Assembly: GCA_028534125.1 (NCBI GenBank)
Contig: CM052826.1
Span: 19,778,001-19,842,000 of the forward strand
Source of the DNA: Lama glama
Lineage: Eukaryota
DNA length: 64,000 bases
Direction: 5' to 3'
This document shows positions 1 to 12,077 of the stretch, one piece after another (positions within the stretch are counted from its first letter, which is position 1; the number at the start of each line of letters is the position of its first letter). A program made the translations under genes and the position numbers. The notes below the pieces were generated by a model, which worked only from the letters and a program-made list of their open reading frames with translations, was not told where the DNA came from and did not search any database.

Positions 1-253
1 CCTTCTCCAACCCATTACCCCTCCTGCTGCCTACAACCTTTTTTCCTTTAGCAGCAATCCTTGCTCTTATATCCAAGTCAGAGACGACACTGCCCTCTAC
101 ACACCACTGCTGGTCCTGGTCTAACACACTTGAGGAGCCCTCCTCTTTGCTCCACCTGTGTTGCCTGCCTTCATTCATTCCATCAGCAAATGCTTATCCG
201 CCCCTCCATGTGCAACATCTTAGGTTCCTGGGGCCACTGCGGTGGCCAGAACA

Positions 254-733
254 TGTTACCAAGTCCAGGCTCGTACTTCTCACCCCACGGCAGGCCAGTA
301 AATCGAGAGAAAAGTTGTTGGGGAATAGTAGACTTTATCTGGAGGGCCAGCAGATCAAGAAGACAGTGGGCCGGTGTCCCAAAGAACCATCTTGGCTGAG
401 TTGGAAGTCAGGCTTCTTTTAGACTAGAAGGGGAGGGAGGAAAGTCAAGCATTTCCAGCTCCCTTCAGCCTCCAGAGGGGATGTGTTGATTTCTTCCTGC
501 CTTCAGTCAGTCACGGGTGGGCCTGGTCAGGGTGTTTCCTGTGGGCTAAACAAAGGTATTTAAATGCTCATTACTAGGGAGACAGGGTTCCCAGAGATGG
601 GCCATTATGTGTAATATAAGTTTATAGGCAACATCCGCTTAGTGATTAACTTGTAGCAAAAGCAATGGATTGCAAAACTTAAAGTAAAAGAAACAGATCC
701 AATATGGAGTCAGATTTGTTCTTCCCTATTTAT
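254..733 (-). mobile_element. ERV solo LTR (ERV1-like) inserted in an L2-like remnant
   Basis: Starts TGTTACC, ends near ATGGAGTCAGATTTGTTCTTCCCTATT; flanked by direct repeat GAACA (249-253 / 734-738); L2-like CATTCATTC sequence upstream. Family and strand from memory. Confidence 0.65.
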
Positions 734-1629
734 GAACAGATCACAGCTCATGGTCCCCAGGGACCCAGACCCTTGACCTCTGTTTCTAGTTTTGTACCAG
801 CTTCCTGCCTGGTGCTCCTGACTCAGCCCACCCCCAAGCCCACCTGCCACCAGCGGCTAGAGAGATGGCTCTGGAACAGGTGGGATGGCGCCACCCATCC
901 CTGCTGAGAGTCCACCAATACTTTCCTACAGCCCTGAAGAGGGCTCATTTTCTTAGCTGGAGACGCAGAGCCCTTTGCAAACTGAACTCACTGGCCTTTA
1001 GGATGATTTAATCATTCCTTCCTCGTGGTCTTAAGCACTGATCACCCACCACATACACACACATGGCTCCTGCTTCCCCAGCACATCAGAGCCTCATCTG
1101 CCCCAGGGCCAGTGCCTCCTCCTCTGTCTGCTATCAAGTCATGTCCTCTCTTCAGTCCTCTCTGTATCAGAAGAGCAGAGAGCAAAGTTTGAGAAGACAC
1201 GGCATGGGCTGTGCTGTGGGGACCCAGTCCTGTCAATCACTGCAGGTGTGACCCAACCCTGGACACAGCCTCAGGAGGGCAATTAGACTCCAGCTATAAA
1301 ACTGTGAAAGATGCACACCTTTCAACTCAGCCATCCCCTTTCTGGTAAAGCATCCTGCAGATAACTTGCAGGTGCAAAGAAATTCACAAGGTGATTTACA
1401 AGGTGATTCCCTGCTGCATCATTTGTGGTAGAAAATGTCAGTGTCTGTCCATTGTGGTCCAGTTAAATAAAAACAGTGGCCCCTCCAGGAAAGGGGATCC
1501 CTGTGGCTGCCATGTGGGTGGAGAACATCCCAAGAGAAGCAGCTTAGATGTGCTGTGCTGTGATGGGTGCTTTACCTGTGTTTACGGCTTTTCTTTATAT
1601 GTATTGAAACATTTATCACACTTTTTAAA

Positions 1630-1766
1630 ATTTTTGTTTGTTTGTTTGTTTTGGTGGGGGGAGGTAATTAGGTTTATTTATTTATTCTTGGAGGGGGTAC
1701 TGAGGATTGAACCCAGGACCTCATGCATGCTAACCATGCGCTCTACCACTTGAACTGTACCCTCCC
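1630..1766 (-). mobile_element. tRNA-derived SINE (camelid Vic-1-like)
   Basis: Reverse complement reads GGGAGGGTACAGTTCAAGTGGTAGAG...GAGGTCCTGGGTTCAATCC (A/B boxes), then AAACCTAATTACCTCCCC and an A-rich tail. Confidence 0.85.
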
Positions 1767-2049
1767 TCGCTTATCACATTTAGATCTGGGAAATAGGTGC
1801 TGAAATTCTCCCCCATTTTACAGACAAGGAGGGAAACTGAGGTGGTATTGAAGGATTATAAGATCTGCCTGGAGTCACAGAAGTAGTGACAGAGCCAGGA
1901 ACTGAATCTGGGCAGCCCATGAGCTAATCTTGGAGCTAGCACAACTCTGTTGGCTCATTCAAAAGTGTCCACCATCCACTGTTCATTTTAAAAGCAAGGA
2001 ATGGTTTTGGAAAATGTTACTCTTTAGAAGAATTAAAAGGAAAAATGCC

Positions 2050-2503
2050 TCCAAGAGATATCTGTACACCCATGTTCAGAGCAGCATTACCCACAATAGC
2101 CGAAAAGGTGGAAGCAACCCAAGTGTCCATCAGCAGGTGAATGGATCAACAAAATGCAGNNNNNNNNNNNNNNNNNNNNNNNNNNNNNNNNNNNNNNNNN
2201 NNNNNNNNNNNNNNNNNNNNNNNNNNNNNNNNNNNNNNNNNNNNNNNNNNNNNNNNNNNNNNNNNNNNNNNNNNNNNNNNNNNNNNNNNNNNNNNNNACT
2301 TCCAGGATATCCCCAGAGTAGTCAAATTCATAGAGATGGAAAGTAGATGGTGGGGTTCCGAATCGCGGGGAGGTGGGTGGGAAGTTAATGTTAATGGGGA
2401 CAGTTTCAGTTTTACAAGTCGAAAAGAGTTCTGGAGATGGATGGTGGTGATGGTTGCACAACAATGTGAAGCATTTAATGCTGCTGAAATGTACACTTAA
2501 AAA
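2050..2503 (+). mobile_element. Old L1 (L1M) 3' fragment containing an N gap
   Basis: ACACCCATGTTC..AGCAGCATT..AACCCAAGTGTCCATC; GGAGATGGATGGTGGTGATGGTTGCACAACAATGTGAA L1M 3'UTR signature. Confidence 0.75.
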
Positions 2504-2817
2504 ATGCCCTTCTTTATTATGCCTTTGTGCCAGCTCTGTTTCTGGGAGCATCTGTCAGTATTTGCCAATGACGGTATGCACCCAGGTGGGGAGGAGTTGT
2601 TGCTGCCTGAGGCTGGACGGGGGCTGGGCATGGCTGGGGCTAACTTCCAAGTTACCTGGGTTTATGCAACTGGGCTGGCACCCAGATCACAGAGGATCTT
2701 CTCTGGGACCTTGTAAACTATTCAGAAAACAGTAAAAAGAACATTTCATATCAAAATCCCTGAAACAGACAAAACTGATCTTGGAGAAATTCTCAGAGCC
2801 TTAATTATCCCATTATT

Positions 2818-2937
2818 ATAATAATGAAAAAGAATATGAAAACAAATATATGTATTTATATGTACGACTGAAACATGTTGCTGGACACCAGAAATCAACA
2901 CATTGTAACTGGCTATATACTTCAATAAAAAAAAAAG
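2818..2937 (+). mobile_element. L1 3' terminus with poly(A)
   Basis: AATGAAAAAGAATATG...ACACCAGAAATCAACACATTGTAACTGGCTATATACTTCAATAAAAAAA. Confidence 0.75.
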
Positions 2938-3454
2938 CAACAAGGATGGAACTACAATAACAAATTAGACTAAGAACAAAAAGAAATTAGGAAGATGGAA
3001 TGGATAGAGATGAAAAACAGAAATGAATCAAATGAGGGGAAAGGTTGTAAATGGGTGCCTAAGGAAGTGGGTTCTTTAAAAACCAATGAAACAACAGTTC
3101 TATCTCCAGTATCGCCATTAAAAATAAATAAACCTAATTACCTCTCCCCCAAAAAAATTAAAAGAAAAAAAATGAGACAGATAACTCCTTGAAACCCTGA
3201 TAGATTTGTAACAGTCAGAGCAGAAAAATAAACAGGTTTAGCGACCTTGAAGGAGATAAGGTGCCAGCATACAAGGAAACAGTTAAATAAGAGAATTCTA
3301 CATGCAGCTCCAGGTAACATTCTGAAAATCCTAGGGGAAATTAATGATTGTGAGAGAAAAAAAAAGCACATTCTGATTACTGACCCAAGGGGAACATCTG
3401 ATTAGTTCAATGAATATAGATGAAATTAGAAAGATGATTAAAGAACCACATTGA

Positions 3455-3716
3455 ACAGACACAGACAACTTATGGTTTCCAAAGGGGAGAAAGAAAAGGG
3501 ATAAATTAGGAGACTGAGATTAGCAGGTACAAACTACCGTATGTAAAATAGATAAACAAGGTCCTACTGTAGAGCACAGGGAACTACATTCAGTATCTTG
3601 TAATAAGCTATAATGAAAAAGAACATGAAAAAATATATCTATATGTAAAACCGAATCACTATGTTGCACAGAAATTAACACAACATAGTAAATCAGCTAA
3701 ACTTCAACTGAAAAAG
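3455..3716 (+). mobile_element. L1 3'UTR fragment (laurasiatherian type)
   Basis: ACAACTTATGGTTTCCAAAGGGGA...AACAAGGTCCTACTGTAGAGCACAGGGAACTAC; similar to 7990-8260. Confidence 0.75.
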
Positions 3717-3739
3717 AGCCACATTAAAAAATTTTTTAA

Positions 3740-3892
3740 TTAAATTTTTTTATTGCTTTTTTTTTTGGTGGGGGAAGGGAGGTAATTCGGTTTATTTATT
3801 TACTTATTTCTAGAGGAGGTACTAGGGATTGAACTCAGGACTTCGTGCATGCTAAGCATGTGCTATACCACTGAGCTATACCCTCCTCCCCC
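3740..3892 (-). mobile_element. tRNA-derived SINE (Vic-1-like)
   Basis: GGATTGAACTCAGGAC...GCATGCTAAGCATG...CCACTGAGCTATACCCTCC. Confidence 0.85.
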
Positions 3893-3929
3893 TTTTAAAA
3901 AATTTTGTTTTATTTTTTGGGGAGAGGGT

Positions 3930-4760
3930 ATGTGTTTTGCAAATGTTTTCTTCCAGTCTGTGACTTTTTTTTTAATTCTCTTAACAGCACCTTTTACAGA
4001 ACACAAGTTTTTAGTTTTATTCAAGTTCAGCATCAACTTTTTTTTCTTTCATGGATAATGCTTTTTATGTTGTATCCAAAAATCCATTGCCAAACCCAAG
4101 GTCACCTGGATTTTTTTCCTATGTTTCCTTCTAGAAGTTTTATAGTTTTGTGGTTTACATCCAGGTCTATGAGCCTATGTGTGTATGGGGAGGGGTGGGA
4201 GGGAAATATACATAATGTACAATGTACTACTTAACCATTGTTAAGTATATAATTCAGTGGCATTCACTACATACACAAGTTGTGCAATCACATCACTATT
4301 TCCAGATCTTTTCATCGTCCCAAACAGAAACGGTACCCATTAAATAATAACTTCCCACATCCCCTTTCCCCAGCCTCTGGTAACCTCTATTCTCCTTTCC
4401 GTCACTATAAATTTGCCTATTCAAGGTAATTTATGATGATGTATTTTGAGTTCATTTTTTTGTGAAAGGTGTAAGGTCTATGTCTAGATTTTTTTTTTTT
4501 TTTGGCGTATGGACATTCAGTTATTCCAGCACCATCTACTGAAAAGGTTGTCCTTTNNNNNNNNNNNNNNNNNNNNNNNNNNNNNNNNNNNNNNNNNNNN
4601 NNNNNNNNNNNNNNNNNNNNNNNNNNNNNNNNNNNNNNNNNNNNNNNNNNNNNNNNNNNNNNNNNNNNNNNNNNNNNNNNNNNNNNNNNNNNNNNNNNNN
4701 NNNNNNNGTGTCGGTCCTCCAAGGTTGTTCTTCATATAAATTTTAGAATCAATTCATTGA
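3930..4760 (-). mobile_element. Nested antisense L1 fragments (with N gap)
   Basis: T-rich L1 ORF2-like antisense text (TTCCAGCACCATCTACTGAAAAG) interrupted by an L1M 3' end at ~4225-4425. Confidence 0.6.
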
Positions 4761-5302
4761 TATCTACAACCTGATAAAAATCTATTAAAAGTACAAATAC
4801 ACAAGCCCTCATCCATCAATCTCATTCTGGAAATATTTCCCTTTGAAATAAAAATATCATTGTATACGGACATACATATAAAAGTATTCATTATTGTAGT
4901 GCCTTTTTTCCCCCTTTTCTTTTTGGTAGCAGAGGGAATAAAACTTGTAAACCAAGTGAACACCTGTTAATGGGAATGTGGTTCAATAAATTTAGGGTCA
5001 TCCACACCATGGGAGATTATCAACCAATTACAAAGGGTGAATTAGAACCTCAGCAGGTGGTCTGAGAAATTTCCATCAGATGCCTTGGGTAAAAAAGTGG
5101 ATCAAATATGATTCCATATTGATAAAACAATGGCCCTCACTCTCTATTTTCAGTCTGTTTATTTATGCATATGTAATTTTATTCAATGAGCTAGAAGAAT
5201 AATCACGTAGGAAACACTGTAGGATGACCAATACAAGAGGAAATATGAGAAAAAGAGTTTGCTTCTGAAAACCATTGAAAACAGCAGCTCTTCTCTCTAA
5301 GC

Positions 5303-5757
5303 CAGTGCTGTCCAATAGAAATATAATTGTGGCAGGGCCCGGGAGCATATAGCTCAGAGGCAGAGTTTATGCTTAGTGAGCACAAGGTCCTCGGTTCAAT
5401 CCTCAGTGTTCTCTGTTAAGGGGAAAATTTTTTTAAATGATAATAAATAATTAAAAATTTAAAAATATGTAAAAAAAGAAAAATAGAAATATAATCGTGA
5501 CTCATATATGCAATCTTAACCACATTACACAACAGTAAAAAAGAAACAGATGAAATTTTAATAATTTATTTAGCCCAGTGTGCCCCCAAATATCATCATT
5601 TCAATGTGTCAATATTTAAAAAAGCAATGATGAGGCTTGTGACATTCTTTTTACCTTATTAAGTCTTTGGAATCCAGTGTGTATTTCACACTTAAATCTC
5701 TGTTCGAACTGGCCGTGTTTCTAGGGCTCAACGGCTCACCATCTGGACAGTGCAGCC
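5303..5757. mobile_element. hAT-Charlie MER (MER33/MER3-like) split by a SINE at ~5340-5481
   Basis: Terminal inverted repeats CAGTGCTGTCCAATAG ... TGGACAGTGCAG; SINE flanked by TSD AATAGAAATATAAT (5314-5327 / 5482-5495). Confidence 0.75.
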
Positions 5758-6008
5758 CTGAAGACAATCTACAGGAATACTTGAGTGCCCCCTAGCGACA
5801 GACTCGATGAACTCCACCCTTCTTGGCAGTTGATCCAAGGCAAACATAAATCAGATGGTGTGGCTCCCTGCCTAGAACACTCAATGGCTCCCTGCTACTG
5901 CTAGGTCACATTCATGCTCCCAGGTTTGGCTCCCAATCTGAGTACAGCTCACCTCTCTTCACAGGCAATTTCCATTCCTTTCCCCGCAGCCACAGTGGAC
6001 TTACCCAC

Positions 6009-6037
6009 CATTGATTGATTGATTGATTGATTGATTA
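6009..6037 (+). repeat. (ATTG)n microsatellite
   Basis: About 7 tandem ATTG units. Confidence 0.9.
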
Positions 6038-7431
6038 ACTCAGTGAGTGTTCACTGAGGACCCAGGGGCTACCCTGGCTCATGTGTGTCTTCGGAGAATC
6101 AGTGATGCTTGAGCTTCTGGGCCCAAGAGTCTGCACATAACCAACTGCACTGTTGGTCCTCACTCTTCGAGTTTGATCTGGGGCTTCACACCTTCCTAGG
6201 AGGATCACTGGGGTGACTCACTGTGATAACAGATGTATAGTACCTAGCACACAGTGGGTGCTTAATAGATGCTGACTGAACAAATGGCATCCTTGAGGTT
6301 TGGGGGGAGCAGGGCAGGAAGCTGTAAGTGAGGACTCTGATAGCAGTGGGGGTGTGATGGGACCATCAGGAGATACCAGAGCCCCAGAGAGATGGGTGCA
6401 GATAGCAGGGCTGGAGGTGGATGCCCAGGTCCTCCTCTCTCAGCAGGATTAATCCATGGCTGGCCCAGGAGCCCCGGTCTTTGCAGAACCTACTTGCAAA
6501 TCACCCCTTGCAAATCACCCCCTGCATGAAAGTCCTAGACAGCTCCCTGCTGATTTTAAAGGAGCAAGAAAATCCCCATGGATGGCCCAGCCTCTCTTCT
6601 CATTCCTCTCTCGCTTTTGCCTTGTGCTCCAGCCATGCAACTCACACAGGGCCTTTGCACATGCTGTTTCCTCTCATTGGGATGTTCTTCCCTTCCTTTC
6701 CTATCAGTTTAACTCCTCCACATCCACCAATCTAAGAGCGAGTGTCACCACCTTGGAGAAGCCTCCTCTGACCAACCCCCCAGCCTAAGCCAGGCCCTGG
6801 GGCACCAGTACCTCCCTTCCACGGCACTTACCACCACTAGAATGTGAGTTCCAGGGATCTTTGCTTTGTTTGCTACTGGTCCCCCCAGCACCTAGAACAG
6901 TGCCTGGTATACAGTAGGCACTCAACAAATGGTTGAATGAACCATGACTCTAATAAACTGCAGGAGGGCAGGGCCTGAGGCTGTTTCTGCTTCCTTCCTG
7001 TCCCCTGTGCCTGGTATGTAGTGGCTGATGAGGAAATGGTTGTCATTATAAACAGTTCTTACAACCCANNNNNNNNNNNNNNNNNNNNNNNNNNNNNNNN
7101 NNNNNNNNNNNNNNNNNNNNNNNNNNNNNNNNNNNNNNNNNNNNNNNNNNNNNNNNNNNNNNNNNNNNNNNNNNNNNNNNNNNNNNNNNNNNNNNNNNNN
7201 NNNNNNNNNNNNTCTGTTGATTCTTATTTTGTAGTTGGCTGTATTCCTTTGAGAGCTATATAAATTTAAAAAGCTAAAGCTCTAAACTGTTCTTAGCAAC
7301 AATGATCAGTACACATATGTAAACTAAAAAAATGTGCAGTATATTGTATACATGTATTCACATGCAATATATTGTATATGTGCAGTCAAATTGTAACAAT
7401 TCTATCTAATAAAATTGAAAACTGAAAAAAA

Positions 7432-8258
7432 AAAACAGAAAATGCAAATCAAAACTACTATGAGATATTACCTCACACCAGTCAGAATGACCACCATTAA
7501 AAAGTNNNNNNNNNNNNNNNNNNNNNNNNNNNNNNNNNNNNNNNNNNNNNNNNNNNNNNNNNNNNNNNNNNNNNNNNNNNNNNNNNNNNNNNNNNNNNNN
7601 NNNNNNNNNNNNNNNNNNNNNNNNNNNNNNNNNNNNNNNNNNNNNNNNNNNNNNNNNNNNNNNNNNNNNNNNNNNNNNNAAACTCAAATTCAAAAAGACA
7701 CCTGCACCCCAATGTTCATAGCAGCATTATTTACAATAGCCAAGACATGGAGACAGCCTAAATGTCCATCAACAGATGACTGAATAAAGAAGATGTGGTC
7801 CATATATACACAATGGATTCAGCCATAAAAAAGAATGAAATAATGCCATTGGCAGCAACATGGAAGGACCTAGAGATTATTATACTAAGTGAAGTAAGTC
7901 TGAGAAAGACAGATATCACATGATACCACTTTTATGTAGATTCCAAAAAAAATGATACAAATGAACTTATTTACAAAACAGAAACAGACTCAGAAAACAA
8001 ACTTATGATTACTAAAGGTAAAAGTGAGATGAGAGCTAAAGTAGGAGCTAGGGGTTAACAGATACACACTGCTATATATAAAGCAGACAAACAACAAGGC
8101 TCCTCTGTATAGCGCAGGGAACCATGTTCAGTATCTTGTAATAATCTATAACGAAAAAGAAGATGAAAAAGAATATGTGTGTATAAGTGAATCACTATGC
8201 TGTACACCAGAAACTAACACAACATTGTAAATCAAATATACATAAATCAATCAATAAA
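7432..8258 (+). mobile_element. L1 ORF2 C-terminus + 3'UTR (5'-truncated, with N gap)
   Basis: Translates MQIKTTMRYYLTPVRM...KDTCTPMFIAALFTIAKTWRQPKCPS, the L1 ORF2 C-terminal motif. Confidence 0.92.
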
Positions 8259-8504
8259 CAGTTGCTATAGAAACAAATGAGGCCTTCAGGACTGGGTCCC
8301 TGGGCATCTGTGTCTCGGGCTACCACGTGGCCATGGCACGTTTCTCTCAGCTTGACCCCACTTGATTTTCCCAAGAAAAGGACCAAAAGAGATTTTCTTT
8401 CCCATTTCCCAGATGAGGGAAACAAGGTCTGGAGGTCGAGAGGCACAACTGGGACTTCACAACTTGCTCATTCCTCTGGAGCTGATGGTGAGATATCTTC
8501 TCCA

Positions 8505-9138
8505 TCAGGAAAACTCTCCAGAGCAACCCAGAGATGTCCACATCTTCATCCCCAGGACCTGTGGAGATGTTACCTAACATGGAAGCATCTTTGCAGATGG
8601 GATGAAGTTAAGGGTCTGGAGATGGGGAGACACTCCTGCATTACTTGGGTGGCTCCAGTGGAATCACCAGGGTCCTCATAAAAGGGAGGCAGGAGAGTCA
8701 GAGAGAGGTTAGAAGATGCTATACAAGGGGGAGGGTCTAGCTCAGTGGTAGAGTGCGTGCTTATCATGCACGAGGTCCTGGGTTCAATCCTCAATACCAC
8801 CATCAAAAAAAAAAACAACACCTAATTACCATTCCCTGCAAAACACTTAAAAAATAAAAAAATAATAATAATAAAAGAAGATGCTACATCACTGGTTTTG
8901 AAGATGGAGAAAGCAGCCATGTTCCAAGGCATGTAGGTGGCTTCTAGAAGCTGGAAAAGGCCCAGAAATGGACTCTTCCTGGAGCCTCCAGAATGATCAC
9001 AGCCCTGAGGACACCTTGACATTAGCCCAGTGAAAACCATTTCCGACTCTGACTTCCAGAATTGTAAGATAATCAGTTTGTGTTTTTCAAGCCATCAAGT
9101 TTGTTGTAATTTGTTACCGTGGCCATAGGATGCTCACA
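8505..9138 (+). mobile_element. MaLR LTR (MLT1-type) interrupted by a SINE
   Basis: MLT1-like text TTTGCAGATGGGATGAAGTTAAGG...TTCTAGAAGCTGGAAAAGGC...GTAATTTGTTAC. Confidence 0.75.
8726..8875 (+). mobile_element. tRNA-derived SINE (Vic-1-like) with TSD
   Basis: GGGGGAGGGTCTAGCTCAGTGGTAGAG...GGTTCAATCC; TSD AGAAGATGCTA 8711-8721 / 8876-8886. Confidence 0.9.
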
Positions 9139-9461
9139 CCCCCTCCAACTTGAAGGAGAAGGTTCCGGCAGGTCAGCGGGCAGTGAGCAGAAGGCATCCA
9201 ATGGATGCTGCGTTGACCATCACCTCACGTTCCAAGCTCCATGTTCTGGGTGCAACCAGCCTGGCTGCTCCAACTGTCTCCCCAAACGGTGACCAAGTCT
9301 GTCCTCCCCAGTGATAAAGAGAGGACTGTGACTCTAGAAATGTGTCCAAACTGTCAGAGGTACAGGAAATGCATGACTTGTGAAGGGAAATGGCAGCTAG
9401 CAACTGTTTGTCCTAGAGCTGCAGAAACATCTAGACTTTTCTCTCCCTCAAGCGAGAAAAT

Positions 9462-9578
9462 GGGGAGGGGAGGGTATTATCTCCGAACGCATGCTTAGCG
9501 TGCACGAGGTCCTGGGCTCAATCCCCAGTACCTCCGTTAAAAAAGAGAGAGAGGGAAAAAACAAAAACCAAGAAAAAC
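9462..9578 (+). mobile_element. tRNA-derived SINE, degenerate
   Basis: GCATGCTTAGCGTGCACGAGGTCCTGGGCTCAATCCCCAGTACCTCC plus A-rich tail. Confidence 0.8.
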
Positions 9579-9769
9579 ACTGAGCACTCAGTGAAGCTGG
9601 CATGAGTCATGTTTCTGGGGATGCCCTGGGGAACAGAGATGGCTGAGGAATCAGACTCGCCCAGCCCCACCCCTCCAGAGATGGAGGCCGAAGGTAGGGA
9701 GGGAACTCTGCCAAAGGGCTGGGCTTGGATGAGCTCAGCAGTGAGACTCCACATTAAAACAAAAAATGT

Positions 9770-10345
9770 GTACAACACACATGACACAAAATTTGCCATT
9801 CAAATCATTCTTTAAATTCTTAAAAAAAAATTTTCCTACTTTACGGAGGAGTACTTGATAAATATAATTGTATTTGTTTAAAGTGTACAATGGGATGATT
9901 TGATGTACACATACATCATGGAACGATTGCTTCACCATCTTTAAGTGTACTTTTTAGTGCTATTAAGCACATTGTTGGGCAACCATCACCACCATCCATC
10001 TCCAGAATGTTCTCATCTTCCTGAACTGAAGCTCTGTCTCCATGAAACACTGACTCCCCCTCCCCCTCCCCCTGGCCCCACCACCTACTTTGTGTCTCTA
10101 AGGATCTGACTCCTCTCGGAACCTCCCATGAGTGGAAACTGACAGACCGAGCATCGTGTCTTCAAGGTTCATCGTGTTGTAGCAGGTGTCAGGATCGCCT
10201 TTCTTTTTAAGGTTGGATAATATTCCATCATATAGATACCACATTTAGTTTATCCGTTCATCTGTTAATGGACACTTGGGTTGCTTCCATGTCTTGGCTG
10301 TTGCGAATCCTGCTGCGATGAACATGGGTGCGCAAATACCTCTTC
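9770..10345 (-). mobile_element. Antisense L1M 3' fragments
   Basis: CAACCATCACCACCATCCATCTCCAGAA...GGACACTTGGGTTGCTTCCA. Confidence 0.7.
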
Positions 10346-10954
10346 CTATACGGCCTCCAAACTTTGACCTGGAATCGCTGACCCATCTCCCCCACCGGGC
10401 TTCCCCAAACCCATGCGTTGTTTCTGGACTCTGTCCTCAAGGGAGATTCCTAAGAGTGTGGTCCTTGGAAAAGGGTCACCTTCTCAGCCTCCTCCAGGTG
10501 AAATGAAACGGGTCCTAAGCAGGCACAAGCTTCTTATTCACCTTGGTGACCTCCAGTCCTCGAGCCCACCTGGGCTCTGCTGATGGGTTGCCCAGGATTG
10601 GAGTCTGGAGGGTTCAGGACATACTGGATGCAGAGGAATTGAACACACTCTTGTGTCACACCTAGTGTCAGTCAACAAGCAAATGGGTTCTCTCAGGTGC
10701 TCAGGTGGGTATCAGCTGATAGAACCTGTTATGGTTTGAATCGCATCCTTCCCTGCCCCNNNNNNNNNNNNNNNNNNNNNNNNNNNNNNNNNNNNNNNNN
10801 NNNNNNNNNNNNNNNNNNNNNNNNNNNNNNNNNNNNNNNNNNNNNNNNNNNNNNNNNNNNNNNNNNNNNNNNNNNNNNNNNNNNNNNNNNNNNNNNNGTG
10901 TCCTTACAAACAGAGAGAAATTAGGATGCAGAGACTGCTTTAAAATGTGGGTTT

Positions 10955-11700
10955 TATCATTATGCAGGTATGACAGCGACAACCGGCCAGGAGACAATGG
11001 CCATTGAAAAGGTAGGTGGTTGGCAGGGGAGGGTATAGCTCACGTGGCAGGGCGCACGCTCAGCATGCATGAGGTCCTGGGTTCAATCCTCAGTACCTCC
11101 TCTGAAAATAAATAAGTAAACCTAATTACCACCTCCCTGCAAAAAAAAAAAAAAGGTTATTACAGTTCCTAAAAAGAGGGGCGCGGTACACCACACAGGG
11201 CCACATGGGGCAGCACCAGGGTTGGTCAGGAGGTGGACAGGGCCTGGGGAAACATAAGAACTTTATCGTGGTTCCCAAGGGGAAGGCCAGGCAATGCAGG
11301 GTAAGCAGGTTTAGGATTAGCCAGTTTGAATAATTTCAGCCAGCTTGGGGTGTAGGGGCTGGCCCTCACTGCCTGGCACCCGGTCCCAGGTGCTTAGGGC
11401 AAAGGTGAGGCCCTTGGTGGTTGAAGGTGTGGGCTCTGGACTGGTTGCTTTGCATCTGAATGGTGCCCTGCAGGGCGATACCAGGAATTAATTCATCCTG
11501 GGAGGGGCAGTCCCTCCAGAGCCAGCAAGGCCTCAGGTGTAAAAGCATCAAAAACACAGATAACAAAAGCTATGCTTATACACTTCCATGGTTCTAAGTC
11601 ACCTAGTTCATGGCACTTCATTACCCGGCCCCAGGAGACAGATATAAACCCTTTCTGGAGGGTAGTTTTGTAATAATCACAGAAATATGTGTCTGTTCTT
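10955..11700. mobile_element. ERV LTR-like element (family uncertain) containing a SINE at 11026-11154
   Basis: LTR-like text (CAGGTTTAGGATTAGCCAGTTTGAATAATTTCAGC); embedded GGGGAGGGTATAGCTC...poly(A) SINE; MLT1 remnant with N gap just upstream. Confidence 0.55.
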
Positions 11701-11925
11701 GAATGAAAAATAAGGCTGAATACAATTCCATTGTATGGATGGACCACATTTTGTTTATCCATTCATCCAGCAATGGATTGTTTCCACCTGTTGTCTATTG
11801 GGAATAATTATGGTATGAAAATGCATATGCAAATATCTTTTTGAGACCCTGAGCTCGCTTCTTTTGTGTCAATACCCAGAAGTGGAATTACAGGATCATA
11901 CGGTAGTAGTCCTTGGTTTAACTTT

Positions 11926-12077
11926 AAAAAAATTTTTTTTTTTAAGATTTATTTAATTTTTTTGGAGAGGGGAGGTAATTAGGTTTACTTATTTATTTTT
12001 AGAGGAGGTACTGGGAATTGAACCTAGGACCTTGTGCATGCTAAGCATGCATTCTACCACTTGGGCTATACCTTTCT
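11926..12077 (-). mobile_element. tRNA-derived SINE inside antisense L1 (~11710-12270)
   Basis: Perfect 16-bp TSD TCCTTGGTTTAACTTT (11910-11925 / 12078-12093). Confidence 0.9.

Larger units (their letters stand above)
2160..10897. other. Five N gaps: 2160-2297, 4557-4707, 7069-7212, 7506-7679, 10760-10897
   Basis: Runs of N 138-174 nt long, mostly inside recognisable repeats; no information there. Confidence 0.95.

Noticed and set aside
7415-7783. Active L1 ORF2
   Set aside because: Only the extreme C-terminus and 3'UTR are present, with an in-frame stop and a gap.
8726-8800. tRNA genes (A/B-box sequences)
   Set aside because: These are heads of a dispersed SINE with A-rich tails and TSDs; no proper acceptor stem.
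2160-10897. ORFs spanning N runs
   Set aside because: Artefacts of X translation across gaps.
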